64,000 nt of DNA, from positions 7,174-71,173 of the forward strand of contig JBLMXB010000029.1 of NCBI GenBank assembly GCA_050257555.1. Direction: 5' to 3'. This DNA comes from Hyphomicrobiales bacterium. GTDB lineage: Bacteria; Eisenbacteria; RBG-16-71-46; SZUA-252. The notes below the pieces were generated by a model, which ran no database searches, was not told where the DNA came from, and saw only the letters and a list, made by a program, of their open reading frames with translations. Shown one piece after another: positions 23,088 through 31,823 of this stretch. Position 1 is the stretch's first letter; the number at the start of each line of letters is the position of its first letter. The translations under genes and the position numbers were made by a program.

Positions 23088-25040
23088 CTAGGGAGCGTAG
23101 CGCGGGCGGTCAAGCCTCGCGCCCGAGAGCGGAGCTTCCTCGGCCGACGGCGCGTCCTCGCGCGCGCGGCCGCACGCCGGGCAGTACGCCCAGTCGGGGA
23201 CGAGCCGGCGCCCGCAGCCGTCGCAGGCGAGCGCCGCGCGGGCGCCGCAGTGCGGACAGAAGGCGTGCTCCGAGGAGACGGTGCGATGGCAGCCGCCGCA
23301 GACGCGTCCGCCTTCGTCCTCGGTCGTGACGACCCGGGTCAGCTCCTCGAGCGTGGTCTCGCCGTCGAACACCTTCCCGAGCCCGTCCTGCCCGATCGTG
23401 ACCATGCCGGCCTCGACGGCCGCCGACCGGATGACCGCCTCGGTGGCGCCGGAGGAGACGAGACGCCGGAGCGATTCGTCCATCTCGAGGAGCTCGAAGA
23501 TGCCGGTCCGGCCGCGGTAGCCGGTCTGCGCGCAGTAGTCGCAGCCGACCGGCCGGAAGAGCGCCACGTCGCGCGCCTCCGCGCCGCTCAGGCCGAGGCG
23601 GCGGAGCACCTCGCCGGACGGCGCGTACGCGTCCTTGCACTTGGGACAGAGCGTGCGGACGAGCCGCATCGAGACGACGCCGACGAGGCTCGACGCCACC
23701 ATGTACGGGGCGAGCCCCAGGTCGACGAGACGCGTGACGGCGGACGCAGCGTCGTTCGTGTGCACGGTGCTGAGGACGAGGTGGCCGGTGATCGAGGCAC
23801 GGAAGGCGATCTGCGCCGTGTCGGCGTCGCGGATCTCACCGACCATCAGCACGTCGGGGTCCTGCCGGAGCATCGCGCGGAGCACCGACGCGAACGACTT
23901 CTTCCCCCGCTCGTCCACCTGGACCTGGTTCACGCCGGGGATCTGGTGTTCGATCGGGTCCTCGGCCGTCACGATGTTCTTCGTGACCGTGTGGATCTGC
24001 TGGAGGAGCGAGTAGAGGAGCGTCGTCTTCCCGCTCCCGGTCGGTCCGGTGACGATCAGGATCCCCTGCGGGCGGGTGCCGTAGTCCCGGATCCGCTGCA
24101 GGCACGGGGCCGAGAGCCCGAGCGTCTCGAGCCGGAGCGAGGAGCGCTCCTGGTCCGCGATCCGGATCACGACCTTCTCGCCCTGGAGCGTCGGGAGGGT
24201 CGACACGCGGAGGTCGATCCGCCGTCCCTCCGACTCGACCCGGAAGCGCCCGTCCTGCGGCATCCGCTTCTCCGCGATGTCGAGGCTCGCGAGGATCTTG
24301 ATCCGGGAGACGAGCGCTCCCTGCGTCCACTTCGGCAGCCGCTCCAGGTCCTGGAGCAGGCCGTCGACGCGGATGCGGACCGAGACCGCCTTCTCCTGCG
24401 GCTCGATGTGGATGTCGCTCGCGCGGAGCTCGACGGAGCGGGCGATCAGCCAGTTCGCGAGGCGGACGATCGGCGATCCGATGCCGAGCTTCTCGAGCTC
24501 CTCGGCCGACTCCTCCTTTACGTCCTCGACCAGCTCGCGCACCTCGCCGGCCGGGTCGTTCTTGATGATGCTCTCGAGCACCTCCACCACGGAGTCGTCC
24601 ATGTGGTAGTAGCGCGAGATCGCCTCGAGGATCTCCGTCGGCGGCGCCAGGACCGGCCGGACGAAGTACCCGCTCTGGAAGCGGATGTCCTCGAGCGCGG
24701 AGGCGTTCAGCGGGTCGGCCATCGCGACACGGATCGTGTTCCGGTTCTCGACCTCGACCGGCATCGCCACGTACTTCTTCGCCAGCTCTTCCTTGATGAG
24801 GGCGATCGCGGCCTCGTCGATCGCGATCGACGCGAGGTCGACGATCGGGAGGCCGAGCTGCTGGTGGAGGACACGACAGATGTCCCCCTCGGTCACCATC
24901 CCGGCGCGGGTGAGGATCTGGCCCAACGGCTCGCGGGTCTGTCGCTGCCGGCGGAGCGCCTCCTTGAGCTGGTCCTCGCCCAGGAGCCCCGCGTCGAGCA
25001 GGTACTCGCCGAGCTTCTTGCGACGTCCGCTGTCGGTCAC
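23088..25040 (-). CDS. GspE/PilB-family secretion ATPase with N-terminal MshEN-like domain and C-terminal double zinc-ribbon extension
   Basis: Walker A GPTGSGKTT, Asp/Walker B DPDVLMVGEIRD, His box GHLVLSTVHTN, and the tetracysteine CPKC…CDYC. The N-terminus KLGEYLLDAGLLGEDQLKEALRRQ-RQTRE-PLGQILTRAGMVTEGDICRVLHQQ fits the tandem MshEN motif. The C-terminus is CGGC…CPHC…CDGC…CPAC. I prefer the GTG at 25040 (GAGGGG about 10 nt upstream), because the TTG at 25097 would lie upstream of the predicted sigma-54 TSS. Confidence 0.85.
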   Translation of the reverse strand: MTDSGRRKKLGEYLLDAGLLGEDQLKEALRRQRQTREPLGQILTRAGMVTEGDICRVLHQQLGLPIVDLASIAIDEAAIALIKEELAKKYVAMPVEVENRNTIRVAMADPLNASALEDIRFQSGYFVRPVLAPPTEILEAISRYYHMDDSVVEVLESIIKNDPAGEVRELVEDVKEESAEELEKLGIGSPIVRLANWLIARSVELRASDIHIEPQEKAVSVRIRVDGLLQDLERLPKWTQGALVSRIKILASLDIAEKRMPQDGRFRVESEGRRIDLRVSTLPTLQGEKVVIRIADQERSSLRLETLGLSAPCLQRIRDYGTRPQGILIVTGPTGSGKTTLLYSLLQQIHTVTKNIVTAEDPIEHQIPGVNQVQVDERGKKSFASVLRAMLRQDPDVLMVGEIRDADTAQIAFRASITGHLVLSTVHTNDAASAVTRLVDLGLAPYMVASSLVGVVSMRLVRTLCPKCKDAYAPSGEVLRRLGLSGAEARDVALFRPVGCDYCAQTGYRGRTGIFELLEMDESLRRLVSSGATEAVIRSAAVEAGMVTIGQDGLGKVFDGETTLEELTRVVTTEDEGGRVCGGCHRTVSSEHAFCPHCGARAALACDGCGRRLVPDWAYCPACGRAREDAPSAEEAPLSGARLDRPRYAP

Positions 25041-25100
25041 CGCCGGTCTGCCCCTCGGAACGGGTGGGTCGTGGACGGACTCGTGTCCGCCCCCCAAGGG

Positions 25101-25115
25101 GCAAACGGCATGCCA
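25101..25115 (-). promoter_or_regulatory. Sigma-54 (-24/-12) promoter candidate upstream of the GspE-like ATPase
   Basis: The minus strand reads TGGCATGCCGTTTGC (TGGCAY-N5-TTGC). It is intergenic, correctly oriented, and about 60 nt upstream of the GTG at 25040. Confidence 0.6.
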
Positions 25116-25212
25116 TCCGCGGGGCGGGAGTGCGACCGCCGGAACTCGTTGGGACTAGCGGCGCTGGCGCGGTGCGGGTCCGCGCGGGGAATCGGGGAAC
25201 AGGGCCGCGAGC

Positions 25213-25257
25213 GGCCAGGAACGTGCACGTCGCACGATTTCCGGTCGGGACCTGGCC
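25213..25257 (-). terminator. Nested GC-rich stem-loop just after the purF stop (terminator-like, no U tract)
   Basis: ggccagg (25213-25219) pairs with cctggcc (25251-25257). They enclose the inner hairpin cgtgc-acgtc-gcacg (25222-25236). The element starts 3 nt downstream of the purF stop. Confidence 0.3.
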
Positions 25258-25259
25258 GG

Positions 25260-26702
25260 TCAGGCCCCCCCGTTCCGGGCCGGGATCCGCTCCAGGGCGA
25301 GCTTGTCCATCTCCTCGCCGAACCGCACCGAGTAGTCGCCGTTGAAGCACGCGTAGCAGTGCGCGTCCGGCCGGTCGACGCAGGAGCGGAGGCCCTCCAT
25401 CGACAGGTAGCCGAGCGAGTCGACGTGGAGGTACTTCCGGATCTCCTCGATCGTGTGGGACGACGCGATCAGCTCGCGCCGGTTCGGCGTGTCGATGCCG
25501 TAGTAGCAGGACCATCCGATCGGCGGGCTCGAGACCCGGAAGTGCACCTCCCGCGCGCCGGCGCCGCGGAGCATCATGACGAGGCTCCGGCTCGTCGTGC
25601 CGCGGACGATCGAGTCGTCCACGACGACCACGCGCTTCCCCTCGAGAATGCTCCGCACGGCGTTGAACTTGAGGTTCACGCCGAACGAGCGCGTGATCTG
25701 CTCGGGCGCGATGAAGGTCCGGCCGATGTAGTGGTTCCGGATGAGGCCGAGCTCGAACGGGATCCCGGAGCGCTCGGAGAAGCCGAGCGCGGCGGAGTTG
25801 CTCGAGTCGGGCACCGCGATCACGATGTCGGCCCCGGCCGGGTGCTCCTCGGCGAGCCGGCGCCCGAGCCGGCGGCGGATCGAATCGACGCTCGCGCCGA
25901 AGACCGTGCTGTCCGGGCGCGAGAAGTAGATCAGCTCGAAGACGCACGCGCGGGCCGGCTCGGCGGCGTGCACGCGGAAGGAGCGGACGCCGTCCTTGTC
26001 GATCCGGACCATCTCCCCCGGCTCGATCTCCCGGACGAAATCGGCGCCGACGATGTCGAGCGCGCACGTTTCGCTCGCGAGGACGTGCGCGTCGCCGCGG
26101 CGGCCGAGACAGAGCGGACGGAAGCCGCGCGGATCGCGGACGCCGAAGAGCGCGTCACCCGAGAGGAGCACGAGCGAGTACGCGCCCTGGCAGCGGTTCA
26201 GCGCCTCGACGATCATCCGCTCGATCTCGGTCGCCCGGGAGCGCGCGATCAGGTGGAGGATCACCTCGGTGTCGCTCGTCGTCTGGAAGATCGACCCCTG
26301 GTCCTCCATCTCGCGCCGCAGGTCGAGCGCGTTCACGAGATTTCCGTTGTGCCCGATCGCGAGCTGTCCCTCGCGGAAGTTGACGACCAGGGGCTGCGCG
26401 TTCGTGATCTGATTCCGGCCCGTCGTCGAGTACCGGTTGTGGCCGATCGCCACGTGCCCCTGGAGCCGGCCCAAGGCCTCCCCCGCGAAGACGTCGGAGA
26501 CGAGGCCGAGACCCCGATGGACGCGAAGCTCCGCGCCGTCCGACGCGACGATGCCGGCGCTCTCCTGGCCCCGATGCTGGAGCGAGTAGAGCCCCGCGTA
26601 CGTGAGGCGCGCGGCGTTCTCGGCGCCCCAGATCCCGAAGACGCCGCACTCCTCCCGGAGCCGGTCGCCTGGCGCTTCCCGCGTCCCGTCCGAATCGATC
26701 AC
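25260..26702 (-). CDS. purF: Amidophosphoribosyltransferase
   Basis: 480 aa ORF. The N-terminal Ntn Cys is in ECGVFGIWG. The PRT domain is VVVVDDSIVRGTTS. The C-terminal Cys cluster is CYACFNGDY. Confidence 0.92.
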   Translation of the reverse strand: MIDSDGTREAPGDRLREECGVFGIWGAENAARLTYAGLYSLQHRGQESAGIVASDGAELRVHRGLGLVSDVFAGEALGRLQGHVAIGHNRYSTTGRNQITNAQPLVVNFREGQLAIGHNGNLVNALDLRREMEDQGSIFQTTSDTEVILHLIARSRATEIERMIVEALNRCQGAYSLVLLSGDALFGVRDPRGFRPLCLGRRGDAHVLASETCALDIVGADFVREIEPGEMVRIDKDGVRSFRVHAAEPARACVFELIYFSRPDSTVFGASVDSIRRRLGRRLAEEHPAGADIVIAVPDSSNSAALGFSERSGIPFELGLIRNHYIGRTFIAPEQITRSFGVNLKFNAVRSILEGKRVVVVDDSIVRGTTSRSLVMMLRGAGAREVHFRVSSPPIGWSCYYGIDTPNRRELIASSHTIEEIRKYLHVDSLGYLSMEGLRSCVDRPDAHCYACFNGDYSVRFGEEMDKLALERIPARNGGA

Positions 26703-26727
26703 CGACGACTCCCTTCGCCGCCCCGGC

Positions 26728-27324
26728 TCACGCCGCCCGCATCGCGGGGGCCGGGTCGGCCAGAAATGCCTCGAGCTCGCGCCACGCGAGCGGCGTCCCG
26801 ATCGCGAGCGACGCCTCCGCGTGCGGATTGACCAGGAGCCCGCTCCGCGTCCCGGTCACCGGGCCGACGGCCTCGTACGCCTCGGCCGCCGCCTGGTCCC
26901 CCGCCGGGCCCCGCGTCCAGAGCCACCAGAGCCGCGCCCGGCGGATCGCGCCCAAGCCGGCCAGCGGATGCTCGCGGCGGAGGCGGGCGAGGAGCCCCTC
27001 GTCGCGCGTGTCGTCGCGCGGCCGCACCAGGATCCCCCAGGCGCCCTCGGGCGGGGCGAGCGACGCCCCGCGCTCCGCCGCCGGGAGGAAGCGGTACCGC
27101 TCCTTGTTTGGATTCACGAAGAAGTTGCTCGACTCGATCGCGAGGGCGAGCGCCGGCTCGAACGCGTCGGACGCGGCGCCCGCCTCGGGCGTGAAGAGGA
27201 AGAGATCCTCCCGCACGAGCCGGTCGATCGCGTGCCCCGGCGGCAGGAGCCGCCGCGCCGTGTCGAGCGCGGTCAACGCCGTGAGGTCGGCGATCTTGAG
27301 CCGGGTCAGGAGCACCGCGCTCAT
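26728..27324 (-). CDS. Hypothetical protein, candidate tandem (duplicated) PurS-like FGAM synthase subunit
   Basis: 198 aa ORF between purQ and purF. The two halves each end in a PurS-like segment (…SSNFFVNPNKERYRF and …RSGLLVNPHAEASLA). No separate ~80 aa purS ORF is seen in the cluster. The assignment is by eye only. Confidence 0.45.
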   Translation of the reverse strand: MSAVLLTRLKIADLTALTALDTARRLLPPGHAIDRLVREDLFLFTPEAGAASDAFEPALALAIESSNFFVNPNKERYRFLPAAERGASLAPPEGAWGILVRPRDDTRDEGLLARLRREHPLAGLGAIRRARLWWLWTRGPAGDQAAAEAYEAVGPVTGTRSGLLVNPHAEASLAIGTPLAWRELEAFLADPAPAMRAA

Positions 27325-28160
27325 CGCGCCTCCGCGGGAGCGGCCACGCCCAGACGGGCCGCGAGCGACGCGAAGAGGAAGCGGCCGGGGCCGGGGCCCT
27401 CGAGCGCGTCGAATCGCCCGACCGCCGCCCGCCGGCGGTCGCCCCAGGAGCCCGGCCAGTCGAGCGGCACGTGCTTGAGCGCCGCGGCCCGCTCCGGGTG
27501 CGGCATGAACGCGAGCACGTTCCCGGCGCGGTTCGTGAGGCCGGCCGTCGCGAGCATCGAGCCGTTCGGGTCGTCGGGGTACGCGAGGGCGGGCCCGCCC
27601 TCGGCGTCCACGTACCGGAGGAGGGCGAGCCCCTCCTTCTCGATCGCCGCGCGGACTTCGGGATCGGCGGTCTCGAAGCGCCCCTCGCCGTGCGCGATCG
27701 GGAGCGGCACCGATTCCGCGAGCGGGAGCGCCGACGTGAACGTCGCGCGGCCCGGCCCCTCGACGCCGCGGACGCGCACCCAGCGGCAGAGGTATCCCGC
27801 GCGGCGCGGCGCGCGGTTCGGCGCGAGCGCCACGTCGACGCGCCCCGGAACGAGGCCCGGGACGAGCCCGGCTTCGACCAGGACCTGCGCCCCGTTGCAG
27901 ATCCCGAGCACCGGCTTCCCCCGCTCCGACTCCTGCGCGATCCGCTCCACGGCGGGGAGCTTCGCGGCCACCGCGCCCGCGCGGATCCGGTCCTGGAACG
28001 CGAAGCCGCCGGGGAGGAGGTACGCGTCGAACTCCGAGAGCACCGACGCCGGCTCGTTGAACCGGACGATCGTCGCTTCGATCCCGACCGCCTCGAGCGC
28101 CCGCGCGCTCTCGTACTCGCAGTTGACGCCGGGAATCTGGAGCACCGCCGCGCGCGCCAT
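27321..28160 (-). CDS. purQ: Phosphoribosylformylglycinamidine synthase, glutamine amidotransferase subunit
   Basis: ATG at 28160 (MARAAVLQIPGVNCEYE…). The catalytic GICNGAQVL and MPHPER motifs are present. It is 279 aa. Confidence 0.9.
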   Translation of the reverse strand: MARAAVLQIPGVNCEYESARALEAVGIEATIVRFNEPASVLSEFDAYLLPGGFAFQDRIRAGAVAAKLPAVERIAQESERGKPVLGICNGAQVLVEAGLVPGLVPGRVDVALAPNRAPRRAGYLCRWVRVRGVEGPGRATFTSALPLAESVPLPIAHGEGRFETADPEVRAAIEKEGLALLRYVDAEGGPALAYPDDPNGSMLATAGLTNRAGNVLAFMPHPERAAALKHVPLDWPGSWGDRRRAAVGRFDALEGPGPGRFLFASLAARLGVAAPAEAR

Positions 28161-28162
28161 CG

Positions 28163-30526
28163 TCACTCCACGTACGGGCGGAGCGCGTCGCGGCGAAGCC
28201 GCGCCATCTCCGCCAGGTCCACGTCGACGAGCGCCGTGCCGGCGTCGAGGAACCGGAGCCGGGGCTCGGGGATCGTCCGCCCCACCATCGACGCGTCCAC
28301 GTCGTGGCGGCGGAAGAGGTCGAGCAGCTCGGCGAGGCGTCCCTTCTCCGTCTCGAGCAGGAAGCCGGGCGCCTCGGAGTAGAGACGGATCTCCGGCGCG
28401 TCGGGGCCGAGCGCCGAGATCGGGATCTGGAGCCCGAAGCCGCCCGCCGCGTGCCCGCCCAGCGCCATCTCGAGCGCCGCGACCGCGAGGCCGCCCTCCG
28501 CGATGTCGTGGCAGGCGAGCACGAGCCCCCGCGCGATCGCCTCGCGCACCGCGTTCGCGCGGCGCCGCTCGAGGTCCAAGTCGAGCGTCGGGAGCGTCCC
28601 GCCCGTCTCCCCCGTCAGCAGGTGGCGGAGCTGAGACGCGCCGGTGCGCGGCTCGCGCTCGCCGGTCAGGAGGAGCACGCTGCCTCCCCCCCGGAGCGCG
28701 GTCGCGCCCGCGACGCTGTAGTCCGGGAGCGTGCCGAGCGCCGCGACGATCGGCGCCGGCTCGATCGCGCGGCCGGTCGACGACTCGTTGTAGAAGGAGA
28801 CGTTCCCCGACACGACCGCGATCGGCGGCCCCGCCGGCCCGTCGGGCGCCAGGGCGCGCGCGGCGTCGCCGAGCCCGCGCACGCTCCGGACGAACGCGCC
28901 GAAGACCTCCGGGTCCTCGGGGTTCCCGAAATTGAGGCAGTCGGTGAGCGCCACGGGGCGCGCGCCGACGGCCGCCAGGTTCCGCACCGCCTCGGCGACG
29001 ACGTGGGCCGTGCCCCAGTAGGGATCGGCGGCCACGTACCAGGGGTTGCCGTCGACGGTGATCGCGCAGCCGAGGGGCGCGCCGGGGATCGGCGCCAGGA
29101 CCGACGCGTCGGCCTCGCCGGCGCGGATCACGACGCGCGCCTGCACCTCGGTGTCGTAGTAGCGGAGGATCGGCTCGCGCGACGTGACGTTCGGCGCGAC
29201 CGCGATCCGCCGGAAGAGATCCTCGTGGTCGCGCACGGCGGGGAGCGGCGTCTCGGCCGGCGCCGGCGGCCGCTCCTTCTCGGGCCGCTTGTGCTCGATG
29301 CCGGCCGTGATCACCTCGACCGCCGCGTCGCAGACCGGCTGGCCGCCGCTCAGGATGCGATACCTGTCGTCGGCGCGGACCCGGCCGACGACCGCCGCGC
29401 ACGCGCCGTGGTAGACGAGCGGGAGCGCGTAGTCCTCGTTGTAGATCGCGAGGAGGCGCGGGGCGAGGCGCTCCGGGACCGCGAGCGCGAACCGCTCCTG
29501 CGTCTCCGAGCACGCGATCACCTCGGCCGGGTACTCCCCCGGCGCCGTCGGCACGCGGTCGAGGTCGACGTCCATGCCGAAGCCGCCCGCCGCCGCCAGC
29601 TCGCTCGAGGCGCACGCGATGCCGCCCGCCCCGAGGTCCTTGAACCCGAACGGCGCGCCCTGCTCATGCAGCCAGGCGAGGGCGGCGCGGTTCGCCTCGA
29701 AGAGGACCCGCTTCAGGAAGGGATCGGGCACCTGCACGTGGCCGCGCTGTCCCTCCGCTTCCTCGTCGAGGATGGCCGAGGCGAACGAGGCGCCGCCGAA
29801 GCCGGTCTCGTCGGTCGGCTTCCCGACCAGCACGAGCACGTACGGCTCCGTCCGCGCCGCCTCCGGCACGCGGCTCCGCACGATCCGGTCGGCGCGCACG
29901 AGGCCGAGCGCGACGACGTTCACGAGGCAGTTCTCGTCGAAGCGGGGCGAGAAGAAGACGTCGCCCCCCAGGTTCGGCACGCCGAGCGCGTCGCCGTACT
30001 GCCAGATGCCGTCGACGACGCCCCGGATGATCTCCCGCACGGTCGCGGCGCGCGGCCCCTCCGGATCGCCGAACCGGAGCGCGTCCATCACGCCGATCAC
30101 CTCGGCGCCCATGCAGTTCACGTCGCGCACGATGCCGCCGATGCCGGTCGCCGCCCCCTCCACGGGGACGACCTGGGACGGATGGTTGTGGCTCTCGTGC
30201 GCGATGACGAGCGCGTACTCGACGCCCCGGTGCGCGCCGAATCGGACGACCCCGGCGTCCTCGCCCGGGCCGAGGATCACGTCGGGGCTCTCGGTCGGGA
30301 GGAACGCCTTCAGGACCCAGCGGCTCGACTTGTAGGAGCAGTGCTCGCTCCACATGGTGTCGAAGATCGTCGCCTCGACCCGCGTCGGATCGCGGCCGAG
30401 GAGCTCCAGCATGCGCGCCACCTCGCCCGGGGCGAGGCGTAGCCCGGCCTCGGCGAGGAGCGCCCGGACGGTCCCCGGGTCGGCCCCCGTGAAGGGCATC
30501 ATCTGGGCCTCAGCGGTTCGCGGCAA
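28163..30526 (-). CDS. purL: Phosphoribosylformylglycinamidine synthase subunit PurL (FGAM synthase II)
   Basis: 787 aa ORF with TMWSEHCSYKSS, ESHNHPS and duplicated AIR-synthase-like domains. The start may be the internal Met pair at 30502/30499 rather than 30526. Confidence 0.92.
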   Translation of the reverse strand: MPRTAEAQMMPFTGADPGTVRALLAEAGLRLAPGEVARMLELLGRDPTRVEATIFDTMWSEHCSYKSSRWVLKAFLPTESPDVILGPGEDAGVVRFGAHRGVEYALVIAHESHNHPSQVVPVEGAATGIGGIVRDVNCMGAEVIGVMDALRFGDPEGPRAATVREIIRGVVDGIWQYGDALGVPNLGGDVFFSPRFDENCLVNVVALGLVRADRIVRSRVPEAARTEPYVLVLVGKPTDETGFGGASFASAILDEEAEGQRGHVQVPDPFLKRVLFEANRAALAWLHEQGAPFGFKDLGAGGIACASSELAAAGGFGMDVDLDRVPTAPGEYPAEVIACSETQERFALAVPERLAPRLLAIYNEDYALPLVYHGACAAVVGRVRADDRYRILSGGQPVCDAAVEVITAGIEHKRPEKERPPAPAETPLPAVRDHEDLFRRIAVAPNVTSREPILRYYDTEVQARVVIRAGEADASVLAPIPGAPLGCAITVDGNPWYVAADPYWGTAHVVAEAVRNLAAVGARPVALTDCLNFGNPEDPEVFGAFVRSVRGLGDAARALAPDGPAGPPIAVVSGNVSFYNESSTGRAIEPAPIVAALGTLPDYSVAGATALRGGGSVLLLTGEREPRTGASQLRHLLTGETGGTLPTLDLDLERRRANAVREAIARGLVLACHDIAEGGLAVAALEMALGGHAAGGFGLQIPISALGPDAPEIRLYSEAPGFLLETEKGRLAELLDLFRRHDVDASMVGRTIPEPRLRFLDAGTALVDVDLAEMARLRRDALRPYVE

Positions 30527-31823
30527 CCGACGCTCCTAGAACGCGATCGAAGATTTGATTTACGTGGCGGACGAAGTGGGACGGATCGAAGCAGCGCGCC
30601 ACCTCCTCGGGGCGCAGCACGGCCGCGACCTCGGGATCGCGGAGGAGGCGCGTCTTCAGATCCGGCGGCTCCTTCCACGCGGCCATGGCGTGGCGCTGCA
30701 CGATCGCGTACGCCGCCTCCCGGGTCAGGCCGGCCGTCGTCAGCGCGAGGAGCGCCCGCTGCGAGTAGACGAGGCCCCGGGTCCGCTCGAGGTTCTCGCG
30801 CATCCGCTCGGGATAGACGTGGAGCCCGGCCAGGACCTCCCGCATCTGGCTGACCATGAAGTCGGCCACCAGGAACGCGTCGGGGAGGATCACCCGCTCG
30901 ACGCTCGAGTGGCTGATGTCCCGCTCGTGCCAGAGGGCGACGTTCTCGAGCGCGGCGTGCGCGTTCGCGCGGAGGATCCGCGCGAGCCCGCAGATCCGCT
31001 CGCAGTTCACCGGGTTCCGCTTGTGCGGCATCGCGGACGAGCCCTTCTGCCCCTCCCGGAACGGCTCCTCGGCCTCGAGCACCTCCGTGCGCTGGAGGTG
31101 GCGGATCTCGAGCGCCATCTTCTCGACCGACGCGCCGAGGATCGCGAGCGCCGCGAGGAGCTCGGCGTGGCGGTCGCGCTGGACGACCTGCGTGGCCACC
31201 GGCTCGGGCCGGAGCCCGAGCGACGCCATCACGTCCTCCTCCAGCTCCGGGCTCAGGTGGGCGTGCGTGCCGACCGCGCCCGAGAGCTTCCCGACCGCGA
31301 TCGCCTCGCGCGCGGCGTCGAGCCGCGCGAGCGCGCGGCCCAGCTCCTCGTACCAGACGAGGACCTTGAGCCCGAACGTGATCGGCTCCGCGTGGATGCC
31401 GTGCGTGCGGCCGACCATGATCGTGTCCCTGTGGCGGACCGCGAGGTCCCGCGTCGTCGCGCGGAGCGACGCGACCTCGCCGCGGAGGAGATCCGTCGCG
31501 CGGACCAGCGTGAGCGCGAGCGCCGTGTCGACGAGGTCGGAGGACGTCATCCCGAGGTGGAGGAACCGGGCGTCCGGCCCCGCCGTCTCGGCGACCTGCG
31601 TGAGGAACGCGATCACGTCGTGCCGGAGCGTCGCCTCGAGCTCGTCGATCCGGCGGGGATCGATCACGGCCGCCTTCCGCACCCGGGCGGCGGCGCCCGC
31701 CGGCACGTCGCCGCGACGCTCCATCGCCTCGGCGGCCGCGAGCTCCACCTCGAGCCACGTGCGGTACCGTGCCTCGTCGGCGAAGAGGGCCGCCATGGCC
31801 GGCCGGCTGTAGCGCGGGATCAT
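30510..31823 (-). CDS. purB: Adenylosuccinate lyase
   Basis: ATG at 31823 (MIPRYSRPAMAALF…) with an ATGA overlap with the htrA stop. It has the fumarate-lyase signature GSSAMPHKRNP. It is 437 aa. Confidence 0.92.
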   Translation of the reverse strand: MIPRYSRPAMAALFADEARYRTWLEVELAAAEAMERRGDVPAGAAARVRKAAVIDPRRIDELEATLRHDVIAFLTQVAETAGPDARFLHLGMTSSDLVDTALALTLVRATDLLRGEVASLRATTRDLAVRHRDTIMVGRTHGIHAEPITFGLKVLVWYEELGRALARLDAAREAIAVGKLSGAVGTHAHLSPELEEDVMASLGLRPEPVATQVVQRDRHAELLAALAILGASVEKMALEIRHLQRTEVLEAEEPFREGQKGSSAMPHKRNPVNCERICGLARILRANAHAALENVALWHERDISHSSVERVILPDAFLVADFMVSQMREVLAGLHVYPERMRENLERTRGLVYSQRALLALTTAGLTREAAYAIVQRHAMAAWKEPPDLKTRLLRDPEVAAVLRPEEVARCFDPSHFVRHVNQIFDRVLGASVAANR

